The notes beneath the pieces were generated by a model that was not told the origin of the DNA, did no database searches, and saw only the letters and a program-made list of their open reading frames with translations. Below are positions 26,467 to 38,212 of a stretch of DNA of 64,000 nucleotides, in pieces. The number at the start of each line of letters is the position of its first letter. Position 1 is the stretch's first letter. A program made the translations under genes and the position numbers. Source of the DNA: Marsupella aquatica (Eukaryota > Plantae > Marchantiophyta); the NCBI GenBank assembly GCA_973895155.1, contig OZ316893.1, forward strand, positions 9,301,839 to 9,365,838, given 5' to 3'.

Positions 26467-28954
26467 TCTTTATAAGTAAAATCAGCATCATTTATGGGCT
26501 TTACATGTAGAAGGCCCCTGGTATTATGATACATGAGGACTCAACACATGTTGAGCTCTACTTTTCCCGCTTCTTCCTCATTGGTGGTCGCTCTTTTCCA
26601 TTCTTTGATTTGAATTTGAAAGGGCTTTCCATTGGGTTCAAGAGAAGCAGTTTAGAGATGTACTATGTCCACCAAGTACTCTTGGGGAATCAGAGAGCTA
26701 TAATCAATTGAGGAATTCCCACATTCATACTACCACGAGTTGCTACTCTGTGTACACTGTTTTTTATCTCTATATCATAGTATGACTATATAATGTGTGT
26801 TCATATTTACAATCCCGCAACATCTAGTGCAATAACAGGAAGTCATTTACTTCTTTTGCCGCTCTTTGGGGACTCTTGGGCTTTTTTAGGTTCTTTGTTT
26901 TCCCAGGCTTTTCCGTTGTTTATCATCCTTATTGGGCTTCTTGCCATCCTGTCTCCTGGTACTGCATTTTTTGTTTGTTGGAGTTTTAGATGTATATATA
27001 TTTTGTGTCTGCAGTGTAACTAAGAGAGTTGACAATATATAAGGCAAGCCAAACTCTACTTAGATTGCATCTTTGAAAACTTTCAACCATCAGGTGATGA
27101 ATAGCATTGAGGTCTCACGGACCTGCCAACCTGCCAAAACTACACCGTGTGTCAAAATTGTTATGGTCAAGAATGTCTATCTTGCTTGAACACTGAACAG
27201 TTACAGAACTATCAAAGAAACCTGGCTGGCCATTTCCACCCCCTCAGCTCTTCAGTTCACCCATCACTACCCTCCTGACCCATTGCACTCAAAGTGAGGA
27301 TTTTTAAAAATTGATTGGGTGGAAGACTTAAAACAAATTGTTAGAGATCCTCGGGGGCCTCACTCTAAAGGGGGTCTCATAACACGCTTGACGTTTTTTA
27401 GCTATTATCCACTCTAAAAAATAAGAACACAAATTTTTGAACTATTTTCTACCCCTTTTCTAGAATATTCTAAAAATATTCCCAAAATTCATTTCTAAAA
27501 CCCTATTCTCTTAGAATTCTCAAAATTGGATTTAAAAAACCCTAGTGTTCTCGCGAGTGTTCTACTACACTGGTTGATTGATCTGTTAGGTAACTTGTCT
27601 ACAAGACCAGATACCCCAAGAATTCCTGCCAGCCTTTTGGAAGCAGCAGAGCTTTGTCTTCCAGTAAATTTACCAATGAGCTCCAATTATTGTGTCTTTG
27701 GATCACACACTCCACGTTTACTCAAACCACCGATCGGGTTTCTTCGTCAAGGCCTGAATCCCTAATTCCTGCCGGCCTTTCTGCAGAATCCAATTCTGCC
27801 TTCCAATAAGCAAAAATTGGCTCCAATTTTTGTCTCATTGCTGGATTGTGCGCATTTTATTTTTCCCTGTCAGGGAACTGAATTGCAATTTGCAAGAGTG
27901 GCAGGGGACTCTCAATGCATGCAAGAGTCAAGGAGTCACGCAACTACTGCTATCACTACTACTACTACTGAACTATTGACAACGACAACAATGCCTGCAA
28001 GTGGTGTCTTGGTTTATCACCATCCGTAAACCCAGATTCTACCCCATCTCTAGAATTTATGGGAGGTGTCAAAACATCTCCCTCCTGCCCATAAAATCTC
28101 TTATATCTCATTCTACAGTCAATCTAAAGATAGACATAAGACAGGGCTTAAGGCCATGCTTTGACACTCCTTATTAGATGTTGTTTGGTAGGCTAGGTTA
28201 ATCCCTTTATTCTTGTAAGCATGCATATACAATGGTTACAAGTGTGGCTGATAGGAAAGGAAATTTCTGGCTGTGGAGAAGTGATGTGAGACACGTTGTA
28301 GTATTGATTACGGTTGGTGGGGTTGCTCTGCATTCTGGTGGTAAAATGAGCCCTTGTTGCTCTTTCTCTAGTATTTGTGGCAATTTTGGTCTTATGTCCC
28401 TGATGCATCTCTCAGGCCTGCTGGTCCCCCCATCCACAGGGGGGGGGGTGGGGGGGGGAACCAGCAAATATAAACTATAAAATGACTATAGTAAGAATTA
28501 ATTTTGTTGTTTTAGTGAATTCACTTTTGTTTGTCATTGAAATTGTAATCTATATTGCACATGAGGCTTCATCTATATTTTACAACAAAAAACTAGTATC
28601 CTCTTTCAGTAGCTTTAGAGGTTTATAAAAACAATTGAGAGCTCGACTTTCTTGGTACCCTCTGGTGTTCACTTTTCTGAGGATTAGCCCTTAGTCCGCC
28701 TGGAAATTGTTTCTTTTTTTCACTCTTTCATAAAGTTGGGTCCCCCACCCCACAGGCCTTTTTGCCTTTTGATGTGGGTTTGCCTCCCCTCTTTCTGCCG
28801 AAAGGACCCCTCTATATAGCTTGAGGATCCAAAAACCTGGCTCAATGGTTATTTTCATACTTTTGAAAATATAAAACCCCCAAAGTGTGGCACAATGGTT
28901 CTTCATACTTTTTGACAGTATAAACTCCCTTGTAACGCTATGAAAGTTAAAGAG

Positions 28955-30670
28955 ATTTTTCTTTTCTTGAATGGAGCACTTTACTCATTTAAAAAGTAAA
29001 GCCCAATAAAAACGGGAAGTAAAAGGCCAGAACCAAAAAAGGAACCAAGGCCAAAAACCACACCAAGACCAAAGTAACACGTTCACCCATGAGGGAAGAG
29101 GAACAAGAATTATCTAGAAGGAAAGGGAATCTGAGTGATTCACTCAAGGAGACCAACTAAGCAGCTACTGCAAAAATGAGGGCAAGGAGACAAGAGTACA
29201 GGACGAGATCCAACTATCAGCAAAGATCTGAGTGACTGTAAGCTAGTAAGCAAAGATCAAACTAATGGATCCACCAATTGTAGAAAAAACAAAAGCTGAC
29301 CAGCAAAAAGCCCAGGATCACAACAAAAGGACTGTGAATCCCAAAGGCTGAAATGGACGGTATCGACTGTAAAGCATTAGTCAACTAAGTAGTAAAGACT
29401 TAAAGACCTCCATCGTAGCCCAAATCCCGCTTGAACTTTCCAGCCAATTGTTGCCAACAACCATTCTTCTCGTTATGATGATTCAGCCCATTTTGCCAAA
29501 TGATCCATAGACACAGCCAAATTTCTGACCAGATCTTGATCTTTAAACCCATGACAAAATTGTTGACCGCCTCGTTCTCCAAGGTGCAACTGCCAAATCG
29601 TAATCCCTCATACAATATTCCAGAGCTTAAGAGGGATATCACAATTTGGAAGTTTGGCACCAAGAATTACGTGAAAAGCATCAAATTGAAAATTAGAAGC
29701 CTCTGGCCACACCGCGCGCTTGATGATAATGGAGATCCAAGAACAAATACTCTAGGATATCGGACACATCCCTAAACAATGTAGAATATCTTCATGAGGA
29801 TGCAAGTCACATCTGAGGAAACACCAAGAAGAATCATTACGAGAAAATGGAATAACAGTTCCATCTTCCAAACTGAGTGGTTTGCCTACCAATGTAATGC
29901 TTAGTGGCAATTAGACAATGCGCAATCTGCCAAAGGAAAAAATTAATTTTCCCTTCTCGATAAGCTTTCTGAATGCTAGGTACCCATAGTTTATCATCAA
30001 CAGGCACACCTCAAAGTTCCATCCTAGATTTTATGTAACCAATCATGCTAATTGGAGAATACTTATGCAACAGTTTACAAATACTAGCACTAGTTGCATG
30101 AAAAACTGTTTGCAGTTCTTTCACTGATACCGAGTGGAATTCCGAGATCATAATCATATGTACCTTTCAATCCAAGCCCAAACTTATGTGTAAGCCAACC
30201 TTTGGTTAATCCTAACACCATACTATGTAGGAAATCTTCAGAGACTGGGATGAATCAATCTTACAGAGTATCCAATTAGGTATAACAAAAGTAGTAAGGA
30301 GACCCTGCCAAATATTTGTTGTGCGCCAGCAATCCTTCATCTGAGAATAAGGAGCCAGATTTTCCCAAACCAAATTGTCCTCTTCAATAGGAATCGAAGA
30401 GATCAACACTTTTCATTCCAGACCCGAATGATTCATGTGGATCAAAGGCGCATGTGTATTAGCAAGAACAGCTAAATAATAATTCTTCCCTCTAGTTTGC
30501 GCTCCTAAACCAGTCATAGCTTCCTGCGTAGTTGGGATCCCCTCTTCAGAGATAATATCACTCCAACACATTAGACCCATTGAACAAAGAATCCTTTGTT
30601 GACTTGATTGATGAAAGTTAAAGAGAGTTGAGTCCTTCAATGAATCCTTTTGGACTAAGTACATCACCCT
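28955..30670 (-). mobile_element. Degenerate LINE 3' remnant
   Basis: Broken minus-strand frames give KINFFLWQIAH (about 29950-29915) and IWSEIWLCLWIIWQ (about 29540-29490), resembling the plant L1 ORF2 C-terminal zf-RVT region. A T-rich tract plus GCACTTTA at about 28955-28985 resembles the 3' end of the intact LINE. Boundaries approximate. Confidence 0.55.
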
Positions 30671-31808
30671 TGAGTACCCCCTAAATTTGCATAGTCTGTG
30701 GACTGATTTGTGATCCTATGTGGGACTGAGTTGAGAAGCATTGTTATTGAGAACCATAAGAAAAAACATTTTGCAACAATATGAGTACAAATCTCAAATA
30801 TGGTAAATACTCTACTTATATCCCCGCACCAGAGAAAATGATGCTCCCATGTCTTTGGAAACCCACACGGACCACATTTTTCAATATTTGAGTTTCATTA
30901 GAATAGCTTGATGTTCAGAAATTCAAATATCTTTTAGTTTTGAGGATGTCCTAGAGGAGTAGGTAATCCACACTGCCATCAAAGTGACTGTAAATTTTTA
31001 GTCCCTTTGGTTGAGTCATTCATAATGGAATGAGTAAATTCCATGAAATTAATTTTCATTATGTTAATATGAAATATTAAAGTTTGTGTTTTTTGCATGA
31101 CTCTTCCTTCTCTAGTTGCATGGCAAGAAAGACTAAAAATTATTTTGGAATTCATAATCATCAATTGATAAGCCCAAAATTCACGTGACCACCAAAATCT
31201 GATACACGGGAACGATAATGTGTCCAACTCGGAGGTCTATCCGGGCTTCACTTTCCTGCCCCAAAACTGCCTATTGGGGTTGGGAGCGATAACGTCACAA
31301 AGAAACTAGGAATAAAAGTTTGTTGGCACAGTAACTGGGCTTCACTACGATAAACCCGCCGCTCCGCCGAGATTCGTCCATCAGTCCATGACTCCATGCA
31401 CCAAAAGTCCCAAATACTTACACAAAGTATATTAATGTAGTTCCTGTGACACGTCGATCCCGAAGACCATCAATTCCATTCATTCAATGGAATGAATAAC
31501 AAGACTTTTTCCCGACCGTCGGGCTCCGGACCCGTCCAATGCTATGTGAGTTTTCCCCCGTGACAACTTCCCATTGGCCTGAAATGGATGGCTAAATCCA
31601 TAGGTGGGTCCGAAGCTTCTGAGTGGCCGGACATGCGGCATCGCACTCATTGCCAGAGCCCAAACCACGTGCTGGATAGACTCTGCTTTTAGGCTTCGAT
31701 GGGGCCCACTGGTCCGTACGATACGTTTGGAAGGGACGCGATCCGATTAGTCGGAGTCTACCGGTATCCGACAGTGGGCCACGCTGATACTGGTCCAATG
31801 GCAGTCGG

Positions 31809-32193
31809 GAGTTCTCTCCTCGGGGAAATCCTAAAAGTACCACTGTAGTCATCATTCTACTCATGAAAACTTGCAAAGGTCAATTTGCAAAGGCCTTCTT
31901 CTGTCTACAGAGGAACACAGCGTCACAGGTTTACGTAACACCTTGTGCGCTGTTTACAGCTTTACACGGACAAACAAGGAGACGCCAAAAACACCATTCT
32001 CAGTGCACCCTGTGCTTTATACTGTTTATAGCTTTTACAGAAGTGACAATGATTTTTGAGTGACAAAACCGAAGACTATTGATTTACTTGTACGAACGTT
32101 GTTTGGCCTACTCCTCACTACTCGAGTACATGCAACTGTCACAGTTGAATACAGTGGTACAGTTGTTTTAGGTTTTCCCCGAGGAGAGAACTC
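31809..32193. mobile_element. MITE/fold-back-like element with ~40-bp inverted repeats
   Basis: Left arm GAGTTCTCTCCTCGGGGAAATCCTAAAA-GTACCACTGTA matches the reverse complement of 32150-32193 (1 mismatch, 5-nt indel). No TSD seen. Confidence 0.6.
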
Positions 32194-34174
32194 AGAGTAA
32201 GTTCTTCAGTTCCAGAACAAAACGAAGAAACTGACTTCGTGGTCTTCTTACACCTGCTTTAGTGCAAAATCTGCTTCCCTGCAAGACAGAGGCTTCGTCC
32301 CTAATATATATACTCTGTTTACAACTTGATAGTATCGGACAATTACCGGAGGATGTGAATCTGTTACAGCTACAAAAGCAAAGCCTATTTACTCCTTATT
32401 AGACTATTGTGGTTGATTTGTATATGTAAAACCTATCCACACACTCCATACTTCTTTGCGTTGATTTAAAGAGTAAAAAAAGTCTAGCCACAACTCTTTA
32501 CTTTGTTTCGTGATAATTTTGATGTATTTTGAACTGCTAGAAAACTATACATAAAACTCACATACAATTGGCTAAACAACACTCATTCCCTAACCTGAGT
32601 TTATGAAACCAGGGTTAAATTTTAGAAAACGTTCATAAAATTTTCCACGATTCGTTTTGTGCTTCCTTCAATATCAAAGATTTTTTCACTCCTCACACGT
32701 TTGTTTGGTACTGTTTCAAATAAAATCAAGCATGAGCATTGTTTAGGCCGCCACCACCTTGGCATTATTCTGAAGTAAGAATGTTTAGGATTAAGAACAT
32801 ATGGTCACCTTTACAAGGTGTAGGGCCACCATATCCCGCATATGTGGAGAGACATACAAAGAGACCATATGCTTGGAAAGGCATACAGAAGTATTTGATT
32901 GTACTTTCAAGTTATGTGTCTAGTCATGATAGGCTCACAATGACCCTGTCAGGATTTTCAGAGTGTTTCCAACGTTTAGCTTTGCACAGAGGCCTTAGGC
33001 CTGCCTGTTTGTAGCCCTAGCCTGCCTAAGGCATGTAGCCAGCTGGAGGAGGGATTGCTTTCCAGGTCAGTTAGTTTTGTTTGTTTCATTATTGATTCAT
33101 TTCTAAACTTTTTGTGTTCAGGATTGATGTCAGGCCTTGCATATATTTACTGCAAGGTAATCTTGGAGGGTTTCCCAAATTCACCATTGTGGGCAGTGGG
33201 GAGTCTCAAAGATTCACAGTGGTGATGATTTTGGCTGTAACTTTTTTCACAGGGTTGTGTCAAAACCTTTTTTGACTTTTCTTCCAGTAACCTCCACAAT
33301 TAGTTTGAGGACCCCTTTGCTATGTAAGTTTGATATTTTCAACTAGTTATAGTAATGAAGAGTTGCAGATTGTAATAGTTCACAATGAATAATTCACAAT
33401 CCTTCATTTGATCTTTGTCAAATGATTCTGATAGTGGTGCAATTTGATGAATTCTCCTCGTGATCTGATCTGATTCACAAGTTCTACTCTAGTACAAAGG
33501 CATTACAGGGGAAGAAGCGGTTGAACACTTCTGCATCAGCCCAACCATGGAGTCAACGGTCCTAATAAACCTCCACTGGTTTCAGAACAGCTTAATTTCT
33601 CTTGTTTGTCAACTATGATATTGAAACTAAAGATAATTTCACTCCAGATATGAAAGTTATAAGGTGCTTAGGTTGAACAAGAGAATGTTTTTCATCAAAT
33701 ATTTTGTATGTGATAATTGACTTCCATGACTCCAACACCAGTTACAATTAGTTCGTGGACCCCATCTGTTTTTATTCGATTGAGATTGAATTGGAGCGCA
33801 CTGCACAGGGCCCTCCTATGGTGAATCCGAAGTCAGCAGTGTTACTGCAGCAGCAAACGCCAGTTCCACCTCCTTAAATGTAACCTCTTCCATTTTCTTG
33901 TGAACTTACTGTATTTCGGTCTGCTGTCTAGCTTGTCTCCTGCATTCATCCATTCTTTAGTCGTCTTGAGGCACAGTTTCCTGTTTGTAATGGTCAAAAT
34001 TTCTGAACCTAATGTGCAGGACTTCTGCTTCGTAGAGAAAGGCAGGGACGGCGTCAGCATTGTGTGCCGCTGTCATGGGTCGCCACATGTGTCTCGCATC
34101 TAAATTGTAATAGTAACTTCCCCTGTTCAGTGTACCGCAAATTACTTAGAAACAGAACAGTCCCTTTCGTTCCT

Positions 34175-34402
34175 TCAAAGCTGTACAACTGATCTGGTTA
34201 AATATCGAATCTTCTCCACTACAGCGGCTTTGGAGGTGTGGTATACCTCACTAATATCCTGCGCAATACTTTTGGCGTCGAACGAAGCGCCTAGAAGTCC
34301 TTTACGTCCCAATCCAACAGCATACAGACCTCTTTCACCTTTCCACGATTGTTGCGAAGATGGCTTCGGAAAACCATCTTGGGCAAAGAAATTCTCTTCA
34401 TC
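34175..34402 (-). pseudogene. YUC: Isolated terminal exon of a YUCCA-family flavin monooxygenase
   Basis: After acceptor CTAATACAG|: DEENFFAQDGFPKP..SWKGERGLYAVGLGRKGLLGASFDAKSIAQDI, matching the YUCCA C-terminal motif (FF..DG.PK..WKGE.GLYAVG..R.GLLGAS.DA..IA.DI). No upstream YUCCA exons recognised. Confidence 0.8.
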
Positions 34403-36492
34403 CTGTATTAGAGGGCATTTCATATGAGTCAAGATGAGTACAAGATCTTTCACAATCGCCTAGAAAAAATTGAAGGTTCCAGAATTATGATCAATACAGT
34501 ACTGCACTAGAGCGAATGAAATTTTTGAATCTCATTATGATTTCTTAGGAAACTGGTAACTCACATTCTCATCAGCAGTTATTGACAATCAGACAGAACG
34601 CCAATCATAATTCCATACATTGACTTCCAATCATAATTATGTATGGAATGTTTTCAGAGAGTGCTGAAAGTGAGAAATGATAACCCTTAGACTATCGACA
34701 CACTTTCGAGAGGAATGTGTAGAGTTGGCCCGAATCAAGAAGGCAAGAAGACAAGTAGATATAATTATGATTGGCATAAGCAGTGCAACTAACAGAAATG
34801 CAATCAATCTCTGCACTTTCTGCACTCGTTTGGAAGGTTAGTTTGGAATGTTACCTTCTGCTGCTGCGGGATTCTTAACTGCCATGCTATGTTGTTTCAT
34901 TTAATTAGTTATTTATTACTTATAGAATTGAACCACAATTCACAAAAAAGGGTGGGGAGTTTGTTACTCGCGGTAAATAAAACTGAGTTGCAGGCCTACT
35001 CAGGGTAAATAAAACAGTTATTTTTGATTATTTTTTAATGAACATTTACGGCATGGCGTCCTCAATTTTACCAAAATCCTGCCGCAAACACAAATGTTGG
35101 CATAATTTCATTGTGGAAACCAATTTGTTCTTGTTTGTAGCGCGCCATGATGATGTGGCACATTGTGGAGTCAGGAATTTTGGAAGGGACCTCTAGTGGG
35201 GTCTGTAACAATACCACGGAAAAATTGGCCAGTCTAACTATTAATAATGAACAAGCAAAACCAGTGATGATCCCCGAACTAAACTTAACTATGATAGAAC
35301 AATTCCTTTCATAAATGTAACTATCCAAAATTATTTTACCTTTTTCTTTCTTTTATAGTCTCCCATTACTGTAGGTTAACTCCTCACTTTTGTCAAACCT
35401 TTCAAAACTCTCGTCGTTTGAGTTTCGTGTTTGTCCTCTTTTTGCTTTTGCTCCATTCTACTTTATTTGCCCCTTTTAGTAAATTGGTCCTTTTCATTTA
35501 AAAAATAATAATTCAGTTTTCCTCTACCTTTTCTTCTACCCTTTCTTTCCCCATTCTATTTCTTTAATCAAAGGGGAAACAGCCTTTGCAGAAAGGCACA
35601 ACTGGTTTCCTTTCCTCTATATTGCTTTAACTCTTCCCTTAGGACAATTAGAGCTTTTCTAGATGAATACACTAAAGTTATTCATCATTTAAAGGGGTCA
35701 AAACCTGGGCAGGATTTCCAATATGTGCTTTTTGGTGTGTTCCCTTAAACTCTCCCAAAGTTGGTTACTTTAGCAAGTAAGCACATGAGTTAAAGGGGTT
35801 GCAATGTGCTAACCTACTCAGCAGCTCGCGATGGAGCTCAGCAGCTCTTAATGGATCTCAACAGCTTGCAGCAATGAAACAAGGAAATTGCAGCAATGGA
35901 GCTCAACAGTGTAGTGATGGAGGGCAGGAAAGTCAATGCTTGGGCAGTGATGGGGAAAGGTCAATCCTGGGCAGCGATGGCAAATGTCAGGTCTGGGCAA
36001 TAATGCTTGGGATGATGCTCAGGCACAGGCTCCTCTCAACCTAACACTGAACATTGAAATATGTAACGACCATGCAAAACCTAGTAGTTTTGCCCTAGTG
36101 CTTGACATCATTTATCAATATAGACCAGCAAAACCTGAAGAGACCTCCAATTTTGAAAGATTACTCTTCTCCCTCACAATCCACACTCTGTGCTTCCTAC
36201 ACTTTTATGAGCAAGCAAACTCAGACATTCAATATTGTTCTCAGGGGTCTCACTATATGAAGGCCTCCTCATCACCTGCAACATTTTTAGGCCTTGGACC
36301 CCCTAAGATATAAGATTTGTAACAAAATAAGTATGCCTAATATGCTGGTACATTGTAAGAATATTCCTTAAATTTAATTAAAAAGACCTAACCATTGTTC
36401 TTCCAAGATTTTAATAAAGTTTTTCCTTAGAACCAATAAGATGACACTATGCTTTCTTTCACGCCACGTGCCTATTTGTAGAAACCCACAAA

Positions 36493-36622
36493 ACTATCCT
36501 ACAATGTTTTTAAAATTTATTTAAGGTTATTAACATTATATGGTTGCATGATTGGAAGTGGACTATCCTACAATGTTTTTTAAATTTCTTTAAAGATATT
36601 AACATTATATGGTTCCATGATT
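36493..36622. repeat. ~69-bp tandem duplication whose second unit is the LINE target site
   Basis: ACTATCCTACAATGTTTTT..TAACATTATATGGTT.CATGATT occurs at 36493 and 36562. The GGAAGT that ends unit 1 resumes for unit 2 at 42866. Confidence 0.9.
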
Positions 36623-38212
36623 TTTATTTTTTTTATTTTTTTTATTTTTTTTATTTTTATTTTAAAGGAAAAACACGAGCGCACTTTATTGAGAACAAAC
36701 CCGTCTGAGGGGAGGAGACAGGAGAAAGGAACAAGGAACAAATAAGGGTTGCTGAAAGAGGGAGCACACCCAGAGAAACGAAGGCGAGACCACCCCAAAC
36801 CGGCCGCCTAAGGGGAGGAGGCGGGCCATAGAGGAGAGGAGGGACCCAGAAAGCCAAACATAAGCCGAACCAACCAAGACCTGAACATGAAAAAGGAGCA
36901 TCCAAAACAGCCAACCTAGCCAGAACCACCAAAGCCCCAAGAGGCCCCCCGCTGAACTCCATCTGTCCTGGGCTGCCTTCGATGGCTATAGTCAACCACC
37001 ACTTCCCCAGCTGCATCGAGGCCAGACCACTCTCTGAGATCACCACGCCCTCCATACGAGAGTCCACCTCAATCTCCGGACATTCCCTGGATCACCAAGA
37101 AGAGAGCCTTGATGATTTCACCTTATTGTGCCCTGGCTATGTCCAGCGCGGGTACCCGAGGTTATGCCTCGAGATCCCGAAGCATAGCCCGGGGCAGAAA
37201 CTAGCAGACCAAAGATTCCATCGTGCCTGATCTCCATTTTTATACCAATTTATGATCCTAGAACTTGAGTGTAGGACACCTCCCAAGGAAAGCAGCCATA
37301 GCTGATGCGACGGAGAAAAGAGATAGGCAACCAGTCCAGATGCCAATTAGCGACTTTAACTTGGCATTTAAACCTCCCACTCACCAATCATGGGCTCCAT
37401 ATGTAACAGCCAGCAGCCAGCCCAGTGGAGAGTGACAGAGAGAGCAGGGGACACACCTACAGCGCCAAGGTTAGAATCCAGCCGATTACCATGAGAGAAG
37501 CTCCCCAAGATATCCGAGAATCCTGGGAATGGGACGGAACAAATGACGGCTACCACTAGAATTGTTAGCTGAGAGCCTACAGATCCTACCTATCCAACAA
37601 TGTAGTACCATGAGTAGCCTACCTATCTGTCTTTGTCTAAGTCTGTCTGATTGCTACATTTGCAGCGGAAAAAAGTCTGTGCTTCTGAAAAGAGATAGAT
37701 ATGAAACCAGACTCGAATAGTCTGATGAGAATCTAGTTCTGAGAGAGCGGTGGTAAAAAAAAGTCAATACTGGCCGCCAGTCATGGTGAACCAGGATCCC
37801 AGGACAGGGGGGGGCGGCAAAAAAGCCAGATGGCGGGACAGAGGAATATGTCTCCAAAAGGTGAGAAACCAAGCTACCATCTCCAATGGCGAGCGCCGGA
37901 TGAGAGAGCCCCACAAAGCAGCGAGAAGAAGCCATAAGGGACAGCAAGGGAAAGACCCACCAACCATTGGTACTTGAGGGGGGAGGAAGAGAGCAGCAAG
38001 GAGATCAATGGAACGAGGGATGTACTGTGCCATATGGTGATGGGAGGAACAGACACCAGATGAGGATCGGAACTAGCCCATGATAGAACTGAAGGGATGG
38101 GGTAATCCCAGAATAGGAGAAGAAGAGAACGTAACGGGAAGAAAGGAGGCTCTAGAACATATATTAATATAATAAGAAGTGAGCCGTGGGGAAAAGTATC
38201 CCAAACAGAAAG

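Noticed and set aside
28060-28470. Small inverted repeats (28062-28171) and a C-run/G-run hairpin (28418-28466)
   Set aside because: Short and imperfect, with no TSD; cannot be assigned to an element or RNA.
35100-35170. HIIMARYKQ as a possible YUCCA ATGY-motif exon
   Set aside because: Similarity is too weak; flanking residues and splice sites do not fit.
37700-37750. CTGATGA hammerhead-like core in the LINE 3' region
   Set aside because: No GAAA follows the putative stem II, and the flanking stem overlaps the core. It is also antisense to the LINE.
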